DNA of 64,000 bases, taken from Nitrospirota bacterium (lineage in GTDB: Bacteria; Nitrospirota; UBA9217). Position numbers and translations under genes: made by a program. Numbering within the stretch: position 1 is the first letter of the stretch; the number at the start of each line of letters is the position of its first letter. Below are positions 30,298-42,632 of this stretch, in pieces. The stretch is from assembly GCA_963790205.1 (NCBI GenBank), contig CAWBNQ010000001.1, positions 64,001 to 128,000 on the forward strand, read 5' to 3'. The notes under the pieces are model-generated. The model had not been told where the DNA came from, searched no databases, and saw only the letters and a list, made by a program, of their open reading frames with translations.

Positions 30298-31604
30298 CGG
30301 GGAAGCGTCTCCCTCGTGAAGCTCCGTATTTTCCGCTTGATGCGCTCATCACCGCCGTTCGCCAGGTATTCGACAAGGGGAGTCGAAAAATGCAGCCCGT
30401 GCATGATCTTCAAAATTTTCTCCGACTGCATGCGGAGGTTTTCGTCGGAAGCAATGAGGTTCTCGATCAGGCGGCCGGAAAACACCGTCTTCTCGATTTC
30501 TTCGCAAACGCTCTCCTTTGCATAGCCATCGGTCGTCGTGAGCGCATCGAGGAAGACGCTGATTGCCCGGTCGCCGATCATGGTGAGCGCCAGGGCCGCC
30601 TCGTTCCGGACCTGCCAGCTTTCGTCGAAAAGTCTTTTCTCTATTTGCGCGGCGGCCTGTTCACCGCCCTGCGTCTTCACTGCCTTGACGGCCTGCAGCC
30701 TGACGAACCACACCGGATCGTCGAGCAGAGGAAAGATGAGTTCGGGTTTGTGCACACTTGGAAGGTCGTCCTCGGTGCGTCCCAGCACTTTCAGCGCCTT
30801 GCTCCTGACCTCGGCGTTCTGGCTCTGCAACTGCTCGGCAGCCAATGCCGCGGACCGCTCATCATCCGGGAGGTGGGAGAGCGTTTCCAGGATGCAGGAG
30901 ATGATCCAGGGGTCAGCATGCTCCCCCCGATATGCGGTTAAAAATGGTATCGCAGCAGGCCCGAAGTTCAGGAGCGCCGTTACCATCGCCTTCCGCGTCA
31001 CGAGCGATTTTCCGAGAAGAGAAGGCATCCGGTCGATGATTCCCCGGAGGCCCTCCTCAGTGCCTGTTTTGCTCAATGCCCGCACGACCACGGACAGGAT
31101 CTCGGGATCTCGTTCATCCAGGAGCGAAAGGAGCTTGCCCGCAGACTGCTCGCTCTGCATCCGTCCCAGCTTGTCGGCGGCAGATGCTCTTGTCAGGACA
31201 TTTCTGTTTGTCAGGCGTTTCTCATAGAAGCCTACATACCCGAGTTCGCAGAAGAGTCTTCGCATCTCTTGCCGGTATCGCTGCTCGTCCATGAGCTCAA
31301 ACAGCACGTCCTCAACAGCCTGCCACGCGGCGGATCCCGCAACGGCAGCAAACGCTCGCGCATCCGCACCGGCGCCGGCCGAGGCGAAGGCCTGGGTCAT
31401 TTTTTTCCGATACTCTGCCTGCAGGGCGTCCCGTTCCGCGTATTTTCTCTCATGGTACACTCTCCGGAGGATGCTCGCGGCAAGAAGGATCATGATGATC
31501 AGCAGAAGGGCGGCTATGGCAGCTACGATTACAATGATCATCAGATCGCCGTGCAGGGAAAGACGGCCGGCCATCATGTCGTAAGGATGTTTTATGTCGC
31601 GCAC
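30294..31604 (-). CDS. Membrane-anchored HEAT-repeat protein
   Basis: TM helix, then repeated LL.D....VR..A units; overlaps GT2 start; start codon uncertain. Confidence 0.85.
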   Translation of the reverse strand: MRDIKHPYDMMAGRLSLHGDLMIIVIVAAIAALLLIIMILLAASILRRVYHERKYAERDALQAEYRKKMTQAFASAGAGADARAFAAVAGSAAWQAVEDVLFELMDEQRYRQEMRRLFCELGYVGFYEKRLTNRNVLTRASAADKLGRMQSEQSAGKLLSLLDERDPEILSVVVRALSKTGTEEGLRGIIDRMPSLLGKSLVTRKAMVTALLNFGPAAIPFLTAYRGEHADPWIISCILETLSHLPDDERSAALAAEQLQSQNAEVRSKALKVLGRTEDDLPSVHKPELIFPLLDDPVWFVRLQAVKAVKTQGGEQAAAQIEKRLFDESWQVRNEAALALTMIGDRAISVFLDALTTTDGYAKESVCEEIEKTVFSGRLIENLIASDENLRMQSEKILKIMHGLHFSTPLVEYLANGGDERIKRKIRSFTRETLPR

Positions 31605-32302
31605 GATATCATTCCGTTGTCCCGAAAGCTGAAGTGGCCGCCGTCGCCGACGATAATATGATCGAGCACCTGGATGCCGAGCACCTCGCCGGCCTGGACC
31701 AGCCGCCGGGTGAGCAGGATGTCCTCCTGGCTCGGCTTCGTATCGCCGCTCGGATGATTGTGGATGAAGATGACCGCCGCGGCCGACTCTCGTATTGCGG
31801 CCTTGAACGTGTCGCGCGGATGGACAATGGAAGCGGTGAGGCTCCCGACCGAAACGACCTCGTCCCGGATGATTTTATGTTTCGCATCGAGCAGGGCGCA
31901 CCGGAACATCTCTTTTTTGAGGTCCTTCATCCTCGGCTGGTAATATGCGACGACGTCCCCGCTGGAGCAGAACGACGCTCCGGACAAGCTCGGCTTCTGG
32001 TGCCGCTTCCCCAGCTCGATCGCGGCCTTGATCTCCGCGATTTTGGCGGGGCCGATGCCCTTGACGCCATTCTTCCCGCGAATCTCGTTGATGCCTGCGC
32101 GAGCAATGCCTTCCAGACTGCCGAACTTTTCGAGCAGTTCAATGCCCAGGTCCACCGCAGAGCGGCCCCCCCGGCCGTTCCGGATGATGATCGCAAGAAG
32201 TTGCGCCTCGGAAAGGCCGTCGGCGCCGTACTTCAGCAGCCGTTCCCGCGGCCGCTCGTCCTCGGGCCAGTCCTTGACAGTCATCGTCTTGTTCTCAGAC
32301 AT
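31592..32302 (-). CDS. radC: RadC/JAB-domain protein
   Basis: ERPRERL, VHPRDTF, HNHPSGD..PSQED, LDHII. Confidence 0.95.
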   Translation of the reverse strand: MSENKTMTVKDWPEDERPRERLLKYGADGLSEAQLLAIIIRNGRGGRSAVDLGIELLEKFGSLEGIARAGINEIRGKNGVKGIGPAKIAEIKAAIELGKRHQKPSLSGASFCSSGDVVAYYQPRMKDLKKEMFRCALLDAKHKIIRDEVVSVGSLTASIVHPRDTFKAAIRESAAAVIFIHNHPSGDTKPSQEDILLTRRLVQAGEVLGIQVLDHIIVGDGGHFSFRDNGMISCAT

Positions 32303-32374
32303 CGCCCCTCCCGTCCCTTAGGCTTTCAGGAGACACCGGGAAAGTATAGATTGTTGTTATATCCCTGTCAAACG

Positions 32375-32404
32375 AAAAAGGCGGCCGAAAAATATCGGCC
32401 GCCT
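32375..32404 (-). terminator. Terminator of the perR-fprA-rubredoxin transcript
   Basis: AGGCGGCCGA...TCGGCCGCCT with U-tract on the minus strand. Confidence 0.75.
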
Positions 32405-32426
32405 GCATTACTCCTTGATAGCAGCG

Positions 32427-32555
32427 CTACATCCTCACGAACGCGTCTTTCGGAGCATTGCACACCGGACAGGCCCAATCATCGGGAAGGTCTTCGAACT
32501 TCGTTCCCTCCTTGGCCTCGTCGTACACATAACCGCATATCGTACATCGCCACAT
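32427..32555 (-). CDS. Rubredoxin (42 aa; below the ORF-track cut-off)
   Basis: [51 protein letters not shown]. Confidence 0.95.
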   Translation of the reverse strand: MWRCTICGYVYDEAKEGTKFEDLPDDWACPVCNAPKDAFVRM

Positions 32556-32574
32556 CAGCATCTCCTCTTCCGAG

Positions 32575-32670
32575 AAATCACAAATCTCAAATTAATTCCA
32601 ATCTAGAAATTCCAAACGTTTCGATCATGTCGCCCATTGAGATTTGGAGCTTGTTTGTGATTTGGTGCTT
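32575..32670. repeat. Periodic AT-rich inverted-repeat spacer
   Basis: AAATCACAAATCTCAAAT... / ...TTTGTGATTTGGTGCTT. Confidence 0.65.
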
Positions 32671-32673
32671 TGT

Positions 32674-33888
32674 TTAGAACTTCTTGTGGTACTCGATAAC
32701 CTTCTCGGCGAACTGTTTCCCATACTCAAAGCACTTCTTTTCGTCCTCCCGCCCGGGCCGGTACAGGACCTCCACACCCGGCTCCACGGCCTCGAGCCCC
32801 ATCTGTTTGAACACGGCGTAGGCCTCCTTCACCGCGCCGCCGCCCCAGCCAAAGCTGCCGAAGGCCCCCACCATCCGGTCCTTCGGCCGAAGTCCCCGCA
32901 AATACGTCAAAAACTCGGCGACCGTCGGAAACATGATGTTGTTCAGCGTGGGGGTGCCGAGGAGCATGGCCCGGGATTCCCAGAATCGCTTTGTCGCCGT
33001 GCTCATGGGGGTGGCCCGGAGCTTGATGACCTCCACGTCGACCCCCGCGGCCCTGATCCCTTCCATGAGGGGAATGGTCATATACTCCGTGCTGTGCCAC
33101 ATGGTATCGTAAATGATCACCACCCGGAGATCCGCCTTGCTGTTCGCCATGTCCAGATACATCTGGATGATCCTGGCTGGGTCCTTCCTCCAGATGACGC
33201 CGTGGTCCGGCGCTATCATGTCGATCTCCAGTCGCAACTTTTGGATCTCGGCGATCTTGGCCTTGATGAGCTGGCCAAAAGGCATCAGAATATTGGCGTA
33301 ATAATCCCGTATCGCATGGTCGAGCTCGACCGTCGAACATTGGTCGCAATACTCGTCGTCGAACCGGGCGGATGAGGCAAGGTGTTGGCCGAAGCCGTCC
33401 TGGCTGATGAGGAGCTTGTCCTCCTTCACGTAGCTCATCATGGAATCCGGCCAATGGAGCATCGGCGTTTCCAGGAACGTGATCGTTTTGGTACCCGTGC
33501 TGAGCGTATCGCCCGTTTTCACGATCCTGAATTTCCAGCGCGAGGTATCGAAGAAGCGGTCCAGGCCCTTCTTGCCGCGCTCGGTGATGTGGATGAGCGC
33601 ATGGGGCGTCAGTTCCATGACCTCCCCGAGGCTTGTGGCATGATCGTTCTCGATGTGATTGATGACGATGTTTTCTATCTTCGCGGGGTCCACGAGGCCC
33701 CTGATATTGTCGATGGTGTAATGGCAGAACTCATGCTTCACCGTGTCCACCAGCGTGACATGCCGGTCCAGGATGAGATAGTTATTGTACGTGGTCCCGT
33801 TCGGCGTGACGTATCCGTGAAAATCCCGGATCGCCCAGTCGATTGCCCCTACCCAGTAGATGTCGGGTTTGATCTCTACAGCCCCCAT
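32674..33888 (-). CDS. fprA: Flavodiiron protein (O2/NO reductase)
   Basis: GTTYNNY, NHIENDH, PMLHWPDSM, IAPDHG, C-terminal flavodoxin domain. Confidence 0.93.
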   Translation of the reverse strand: MGAVEIKPDIYWVGAIDWAIRDFHGYVTPNGTTYNNYLILDRHVTLVDTVKHEFCHYTIDNIRGLVDPAKIENIVINHIENDHATSLGEVMELTPHALIHITERGKKGLDRFFDTSRWKFRIVKTGDTLSTGTKTITFLETPMLHWPDSMMSYVKEDKLLISQDGFGQHLASSARFDDEYCDQCSTVELDHAIRDYYANILMPFGQLIKAKIAEIQKLRLEIDMIAPDHGVIWRKDPARIIQMYLDMANSKADLRVVIIYDTMWHSTEYMTIPLMEGIRAAGVDVEVIKLRATPMSTATKRFWESRAMLLGTPTLNNIMFPTVAEFLTYLRGLRPKDRMVGAFGSFGWGGGAVKEAYAVFKQMGLEAVEPGVEVLYRPGREDEKKCFEYGKQFAEKVIEYHKKF

Positions 33889-33965
33889 AGCAGCCTCCTG
33901 TCCCTGAAAGCACGGTGCCTTGCCGATACTGATTGCAGATCATATGATCATATGGAGGAAGGGTT

Positions 33966-34391
33966 TCAGGGCGTTTTCCGCTTCTTCCTGCATGCGGGAC
34001 AGTGCCCGTAAAACTCCACGTGACTTCCGATGACCGTAAAGTCCCGGGCAACGCCTCTCGGCACGTCGACGGCGATCTCCCCGGGCATGTCCGCAATTTT
34101 CCTGCACGTAAGACAGATGAGATGATGGTGAAGGGTGGTATCGGGATCGTAGCGTTTCCTGTCGGGATCGATGGTCAGTTCCCGGACGGTCCCTGAGCGC
34201 GTCAGGGTCTTCAGCGTATTATATACGGTCGCGAACGACATAGAGCGATACTTTTTAGACACAGCCCGGTAGATTTCTTCCGCCGAGGGGTGTGCGGTAT
34301 TGCCGTCGAGATAGTCGAGGATCGCGAGGCGCTGCGGGGTCCGCTTGATTCCGATGCCGAGACTCTTTTTCTGAGAATTCTTTGCACGCAT
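33966..34391 (-). CDS. perR: Fur-family regulator, PerR-like
   Basis: TPQRLAIL, HPSAEEIY, ATVYNTL, HHHLICLTC, CPAC; oxidative-stress gene context. Confidence 0.8.
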   Translation of the reverse strand: MRAKNSQKKSLGIGIKRTPQRLAILDYLDGNTAHPSAEEIYRAVSKKYRSMSFATVYNTLKTLTRSGTVRELTIDPDRKRYDPDTTLHHHLICLTCRKIADMPGEIAVDVPRGVARDFTVIGSHVEFYGHCPACRKKRKTP

Positions 34392-34394
34392 ATA

Positions 34395-34409
34395 TTAGAA
34401 TTAATATAA
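34395..34409. promoter_or_regulatory. PerR/Fur box overlapping the -10 of perR
   Basis: TTAGAATTAATATAA versus TTATAATnATTATAA (2 mismatches); minus-strand TTGACA-N17-TATATT promoter. Confidence 0.65.
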
Positions 34410-34479
34410 GGTAAGAACACCACCCTGTCAAGGGATTTCCCTGCGCCCGGCCTGAACACGGCGTTCCTGCCCCGCAGCT

Positions 34480-34514
34480 AAAAAAAAGAGACAGGACCAG
34501 TCGGCCTGCCTCTT
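34480..34514 (-). terminator. atp operon terminator
   Basis: AAGAGGCAGG...CCTGTCTCTTTTTTTT on the minus strand. Confidence 0.75.
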
Positions 34515-34618
34515 GTGAATTCCGGAATGAGCGCATTCCCCGCGGATGCCGGTACGAACCTTCATTTGCTGCAGGGGCTTCAATATCGCTGCAAGGGAAT
34601 GGTGCGAGAACTGCGGTA

Positions 34619-35044
34619 TTATTTTTGCCCGTGTTGCTCCGCCACCTGGATCCGGATCATGGCCCTGAGCAGATCGATGCGCGCCTTCTCGTAGTCCTTC
34701 TGCTCAAGCTTCTCGCTCAGCGCCTTTTCAGCGCGCTCTTTGATGATCCGCTCTTCAGCGAGGTCGATATCGGACGCGCGGTCCGCGCCCTCCGCGAGTA
34801 TGGTGACATGGTCTGCGGCGACTTCCGCATACCCCCATTCAACGGCAAGGTAGTGCCACTGCGTGCCCTCGCGATAAGAGAGCAAGCCGACTTTAAGTGT
34901 GGTCAGGAAGGAAGTGTGGCCCGGCAGCACGCCGAACTCACCCTCGCTTCCCGGAGCAATCACCTCGTCCACGCGCTCCGAGCGGACGACCTGGCGGCTC
35001 GGCGCAACGATCTCGAGGAGCATTTTTCCTTTTTCAGCAACCAT
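34619..35044 (-). CDS. atpC: ATP synthase F1 epsilon
   Basis: LEIVAP, PGSEGEFGVLPGH. Confidence 0.95.
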   Translation of the reverse strand: MVAEKGKMLLEIVAPSRQVVRSERVDEVIAPGSEGEFGVLPGHTSFLTTLKVGLLSYREGTQWHYLAVEWGYAEVAADHVTILAEGADRASDIDLAEERIIKERAEKALSEKLEQKDYEKARIDLLRAMIRIQVAEQHGQK

Positions 35045-35065
35045 TGTTTTTTTCCAATCCTCAGC

Positions 35066-35130
35066 GCTCATAGCTCTTTGCTCATGACTCGTAGCTCTTT
35101 GCTATCAACTATGAGCTGCCAGCTACAAGC
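35066..35130. repeat. Periodic spacer (GCTCATA/AGCTCTT units) between atpD and atpC
   Basis: gctcatagctctttgctcatgactcgtagctctttgctatcaactatgagct. Confidence 0.65.
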
Positions 35131-35132
35131 GA

Positions 35133-36697
<1,565 letters not shown>

Positions 36698-36703
36698 TTT
36701 TCT

Positions 36704-37570
36704 TTATTTCTGCGCTTCCGCCCCGCCCACGATCTCGGAGATTTCCTTGGTGATCGCAGCCTGGCGCTGTTTGTTGAACTTCAGCGTGAGCCGCTCGATC
36801 ATGTCCTTGGCATTCCGTGTGGCAGAATCCATAGCCGTCATCCGCGACCCCATCTCGCTCGCCTGGCTCTCGAGCATCGAGCGGTAGACTTGCACTTCGA
36901 TGTGCTTTGGCAGGATCGAACTCAGGATCGCCTCCGCTGACGGCTCGTAGAGATAATCGACAGCAGCCATGAACGGATCTGTCTCGGTGGGCGGCTCCAC
37001 GGGCAGGAGCTTCTCGAGAGTCACTTTCTGCTGCATCACGCTCTTGAACTCGTTGTAAAGCAGGTAGACCTCATCGGTCTCGCCCGCGGCAAAACGTTCA
37101 ACAATATTCTTGCCCACATCGGCGGCCTTCTCGTAGTCGATCATGCCGAGTTCCGACCACACTTTGCCTAAGGTATACCCGGGGCGTTTGCGGAAAAAAT
37201 CGCGGCCTTTTCGTCCCACGACATTCACCTTCACATCCTTGCCCTCGGCCTTGAACTGCTTGACGGCCTCGACGGCCTTGCGCAGGATATTGGTATTGTA
37301 CGCGCCGCATAGTCCGCGGTCCGAGGTCAGTACGAGAAGTTTCACCTTCCTGGGCTCTCGCTTGGCCAGAAGCGGATGCTGCGCCCGCTCCACGCGGCCC
37401 GCGAGGTTCGCAATCACCGCGAGCATCTTCCGAGAGTACGGCCGCGCCGCGATCACGCGTTCCTGGGCGCGCCGAAGCTTTGCCGCCGCCACCATCTTCA
37501 TGGCCTTGGTGATCTGCTGGGTCTTCTTGACGCTCGTGATCTTTCTTTTAATGTCTCTTAAGCTGGGCAT
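36704..37570 (-). CDS. atpG: ATP synthase F1 gamma
   Basis: ITKAMKMVAAAK, DRGLCG, RQAAITKEISEIV. Confidence 0.98.
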   Translation of the reverse strand: MPSLRDIKRKITSVKKTQQITKAMKMVAAAKLRRAQERVIAARPYSRKMLAVIANLAGRVERAQHPLLAKREPRKVKLLVLTSDRGLCGAYNTNILRKAVEAVKQFKAEGKDVKVNVVGRKGRDFFRKRPGYTLGKVWSELGMIDYEKAADVGKNIVERFAAGETDEVYLLYNEFKSVMQQKVTLEKLLPVEPPTETDPFMAAVDYLYEPSAEAILSSILPKHIEVQVYRSMLESQASEMGSRMTAMDSATRNAKDMIERLTLKFNKQRQAAITKEISEIVGGAEAQK

Positions 37571-37640
37571 TCTTCTGTCCTTCGTTCAGCGATCTTCAGA
37601 CTTGCCCCATGCATCTGCGGCAAGCGGGCGGAACCTGTTT

Positions 37641-37703
37641 CATTCCGCATTCCGTTTATACCCGCGCTTTCGCAAGAGCAGGGTACATTCCGCGTTCCGC
37701 ATT
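37641..37703. repeat. CATTCCG heptamer array interrupted by a hairpin, between atpA and atpG
   Basis: cattccgcattccg-tt-TATACCC...GGGTA-cattccgcgttccgcatt. Confidence 0.7.
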
Positions 37704-37707
37704 GGTT

Positions 37708-39228
<1,521 letters not shown>

Positions 39229-39308
39229 TCACCCGTGAAACGTTATTTCAAAGATTGAAAATGGCATAGCAATGGCCGGAGGGCCGGCGTTCCCGTCCCT
39301 GTTAATTT

Positions 39309-39848
39309 TCAGCTCTCAGCCAGTTTATCGCGCATCTTTGCGAGCTGGTTTTTGATTGTTCCGTCATAGATGACGCTTCCGATCCGCGCCTTCGCCCCGC
39401 CGATCATCGCGGCGTCCACCTTCGAGTCGATGTCCACCTGCTTGCCGGTAAGCGTCTCGAGCTTTTTCTTGATGTCCGCCAGCTCGCCCGCATTGATGGC
39501 GGCCGCCGTGGTCAATTGGACCGTGGCCCTGTTCTGGCGCTCGGACAGGAGGGCCAGGAAAGCCTCATATACGTCGTTGAGGTATCTGATCCTGCCCGTC
39601 TCCGCCAGGTGCTCCACGAACCGCTGCGTCGCCGCTTGCAGGTTCAGCTTCCCGGACAGCTCCCTGATAACCGCTATCTTGTTCTCGGGCGTAAAGACCG
39701 GGCTGGCAAAGAGCTTCTGCATGGCCGGCTGGGAATCCACGGCCCCGACAAATGCGGCGAGGTCCGCCTTGGTCTTCTCAACGCTCTTCTTCTCCTCGCT
39801 CAGTTCAACGAGGGCCTTTGCGTATCTCTTTGCGATGATCCTGATCAA
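39309..39848 (-). CDS. atpH: ATP synthase delta
   Basis: AKRYAKAL, IGG...YDGTIKNQL; operon position. Confidence 0.93.
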   Translation of the reverse strand: MIRIIAKRYAKALVELSEEKKSVEKTKADLAAFVGAVDSQPAMQKLFASPVFTPENKIAVIRELSGKLNLQAATQRFVEHLAETGRIRYLNDVYEAFLALLSERQNRATVQLTTAAAINAGELADIKKKLETLTGKQVDIDSKVDAAMIGGAKARIGSVIYDGTIKNQLAKMRDKLAES

Positions 39849-40417
39849 CCCTTGCCTCCCACCTTGGCGATATATTCCTTGACAATGCGTTCATGGTCCT
39901 GACTGTTGATCTTGTCTTTGATTTTGCCTTCGGCCAGGTCAACGGAAAGGATTGCCGCCTCAACTGCCAGCACCGTTTTTGCCTTTTGCAGTTCGACGTC
40001 GATCCCCTGTTTCACCTGGGTAGCGACGTCCGCCACCACTTTTTTGGCATCTGCGATCAGGGCCTGACGGTCCTTCTCGCCGCGGGACCGGGCCTCATCA
40101 ACCATTTTACCTGCTTCTGCCTCGAGGTCCTTGATCTTCCGTTCCATCTCCGCAAGAGCCGCCACGGCCCGCTCGCGGGCTTCTTTGGATTCCTGGATGG
40201 CCTTCGCAATATCCGCGGAGCGGTTCTTGAAAAAATCGCGGACCGGCTTTCGCATGAAATAAATAATGACCCCCGCTATGATGGCGAAATTGACCAGCCG
40301 CGGCAGCCAGTCTCCCATAAAGGTCATCGGCTCCGCATGGCCTGCCTCTTCCGCCAGGGCCGCCGTGCTTGCCAATATCATCGCCAGTGAATAAATACCG
40401 GGCATGATTCTTTTCAT
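39845..40417 (-). CDS. atpF: ATP synthase F0 b subunit
   Basis: RLVNFAII TM helix plus coiled coil; operon position. Confidence 0.9.
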   Translation of the reverse strand: MKRIMPGIYSLAMILASTAALAEEAGHAEPMTFMGDWLPRLVNFAIIAGVIIYFMRKPVRDFFKNRSADIAKAIQESKEARERAVAALAEMERKIKDLEAEAGKMVDEARSRGEKDRQALIADAKKVVADVATQVKQGIDVELQKAKTVLAVEAAILSVDLAEGKIKDKINSQDHERIVKEYIAKVGGKG

Positions 40418-40433
40418 CACCGTGCTCCCCACC

Positions 40434-40859
40434 CTACACCGCCCTTCCGAGCAGTTTGGAGGTAATATCCTGCGATAGCCGCTCTGCTTCTTTCTTAAGA
40501 TCGGCCCTGGCCGAGTTCGCCGCCGCCGCGATCTCCATCCGCGCCTTGTCCAGCATCTCGCCGGCCTTGGTACGCTCGGCGGAGATCATGTCCCGCTGGG
40601 CATCGAGGCCCTGCTGGTAAATCGCGTTATAAGCGGAAGCAGCCTTCTGTTTGGATTCGGCGAGCGAGGTATTGTAGTGTTCCAGCAGGCTCTGCATGCG
40701 ATTCTGCGCGGCCTTGGCATCTTCAAGCGCGGAGCTGATACCCTGCTCGCGCTCCCGCATGATTTGCAGGATAGGCTTGAAGAGAATGAAATTGAGCGCA
40801 ATAAGCAATACGATGAAGTTGATGAGCTGGTAAAGAAGTGAGATGTTAATGTCTATCAT
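40434..40859 (-). CDS. atpF2: ATP synthase F0 b' subunit
   Basis: QLINFIVL...LFKPIL..M.ER; ends KLLGR. Confidence 0.88.
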   Translation of the reverse strand: MIDINISLLYQLINFIVLLIALNFILFKPILQIMREREQGISSALEDAKAAQNRMQSLLEHYNTSLAESKQKAASAYNAIYQQGLDAQRDMISAERTKAGEMLDKARMEIAAAANSARADLKKEAERLSQDITSKLLGRAV

Positions 40860-41054
40860 TGTGAATCGCCTCTTTTGCGGTCGAAGAGAAACCTCTGTTT
40901 GCTGTTCGAGAGTTTAAAAAAACTATCACAACGTAAAAACATTGTCAAGATTTTTACCTATAAATAATATAAATGGCCGCAAAGTTTTTGATTATAGAAA
41001 AATGAGGCGAAAAATCAGGCTGCGGGAACGGGCCGGCGGGCGGGCCGCAGCCTG

Positions 41055-42473
41055 TTACTTCTGCTTGTTCCGGGTCAGGTATCCATGCATGGCCTTCGCC
41101 GCTTTTCTACCGGCGCCCATGGCGGAGATGACCGTGGCCGATCCGGTCACGATGTCGCCGCCGGCATAGACCCCGTCCCTGCTCGTGCGGCCTGTTGCCT
41201 CGTCGGCGACGATATATTTCTTTTTATTGACCGACAGGTCCCTGGTGCTCTGGGGAATGAGCGGATTGGCGCCGGTGCCGACGGCCATGATCACGATATC
41301 AACGGGGACACGGAATTCCGAACCGGAGACCGGCTTCGGCGATTTCCTGCCCGAGGCGTCGAGTTCGCAGAGGTCCATCCGTACGCACTCGATGGCGGTC
41401 ACCGCTCCCTGTTCTCCCATGATCCGCACGGGATTGGCGCAAAGCTCGAAACGGATCCCCTCTTCCTGGGCGTGGTGCACCTCTTCCTTCCGGGCCGGCA
41501 GTTCCGCGAGGGAGCGGCGGTAGATCATGACCACGTCTTTTGCGCCGAGCCTGAGCGCGGTCCGCGCCGAATCCATGGCCACGTTGCCGCCGCCCACCAC
41601 GGCCACGCGGTCTCCCCGCTTGACCGGCGTATCGTATTCAGGGAACCGGTAGGCCCGCATGAGGTTGATCCTGGTCAGAAATTCGTTCGACGAGTAGACG
41701 CCGTTCAGGTTCTCGCCCTCGATGCCCATGAACCGCGGAAGTCCCGCCCCGCTCCCGATGTAGCAGGCGTCGAACTCGTCCATGAGTTCATCGATACTGA
41801 CGAGCTTGCCCACCACGGCATTGGTGCGGATCCGGACGCCCATGCGGTCCAGGGCCTCGATCTCGCGGGCAACGACTGCCTTGGGAAGGCGAAATTCAGG
41901 AATGCCGTAAATGAGCACGCCGCCCGGCTCGTGGAGCGCCTCGAAGATGGTGACGGCATGGCCCTGCCGCGCAAGATCGTAGGCGCAGGTGAGGCCCGAA
42001 GGGCCGCTCCCCACGACAGCGACCTTCCTGCCCGTCGACGGCGCCATGACCGGCGTCTTTGTCCCGTTGTTCTTCATCTCCTGGTCCGCGACGAACCGTT
42101 CGAGCCTGCCGATGCCCACGGGGTCCATTTTCTTCGCAAGGGTGCAGAACTTTTCGCACTGGTTTTCCTGCGGACAGACCCTGCCGCAGACCGCGGGCAT
42201 GAGGTTCGCCTCTTTGACGATCTCGATGGCGCCGGCAAGGTCGCCTTCCCGGACAGCCTTTATGAAACGCGGGATAGGAACGCTCACCGGGCAGCCGGTG
42301 ACGCATTTCGGGTCTTTGCACTGGAGGCACCGCGCAGCCTCCTGCTGCGCCAGCTCCGGCGTGTAGCCCAAGGCGACCTCCCCGAAGTTGGTCTTTCTGA
42401 CGAGGGGGTCCTGCTCGGGAATCGGCGTTTTCTTGGGCGAGAGTTTCTTTGGTTTTTTGTTTTCAGGTTCCAT
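41055..42473 (-). CDS. nfnB: NfnB/SudA (GltD-like large subunit of electron-bifurcating transhydrogenase)
   Basis: RCLQCKDPKCVTGCPV, CGRVCPQE.QCE, GSGPSG, GGGNVAMD; paired with nfnA. Confidence 0.85.
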   Translation of the reverse strand: MEPENKKPKKLSPKKTPIPEQDPLVRKTNFGEVALGYTPELAQQEAARCLQCKDPKCVTGCPVSVPIPRFIKAVREGDLAGAIEIVKEANLMPAVCGRVCPQENQCEKFCTLAKKMDPVGIGRLERFVADQEMKNNGTKTPVMAPSTGRKVAVVGSGPSGLTCAYDLARQGHAVTIFEALHEPGGVLIYGIPEFRLPKAVVAREIEALDRMGVRIRTNAVVGKLVSIDELMDEFDACYIGSGAGLPRFMGIEGENLNGVYSSNEFLTRINLMRAYRFPEYDTPVKRGDRVAVVGGGNVAMDSARTALRLGAKDVVMIYRRSLAELPARKEEVHHAQEEGIRFELCANPVRIMGEQGAVTAIECVRMDLCELDASGRKSPKPVSGSEFRVPVDIVIMAVGTGANPLIPQSTRDLSVNKKKYIVADEATGRTSRDGVYAGGDIVTGSATVISAMGAGRKAAKAMHGYLTRNKQK

Positions 42474-42486
42474 CTTTAATCGTCTT

Positions 42487-42590
42487 AAATTCGAAATCCG
42501 AATCTCGAAATCCTGAATAATAGCGAATCAACAAAAAGATAAATTTGGATTTTCAATTTTGATATTATTCCGGGTTTAGGATTTTTTTTC
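42487..42590. repeat. Periodic inverted-repeat spacer between nfnA and nfnB
   Basis: AAATTCGAAATCCGAATCTCGAAATCCTGAATAAT / ATTATTCCGGGTTTAGGATTT. Confidence 0.7.
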
Positions 42591-42632
42591 CAGCGATGTC
42601 TTCGGGTCTCCGTGTCGATTCCGCCGGCACTG

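Noticed and set aside
31592..32302. radC as a mobile-element marker
   Set aside because: Full-length chromosomal form with the N-terminal domain; no mobility genes adjacent.
39309..40859. Missing atpB/atpE as an anomaly
   Set aside because: Split atp operons with b and b' heading the F1 genes are common in these lineages.
41055..42473. Glutamate synthase small subunit
   Set aside because: No gltB nearby; pairing with the FAD/2Fe-2S gene indicates NfnAB/SudAB.
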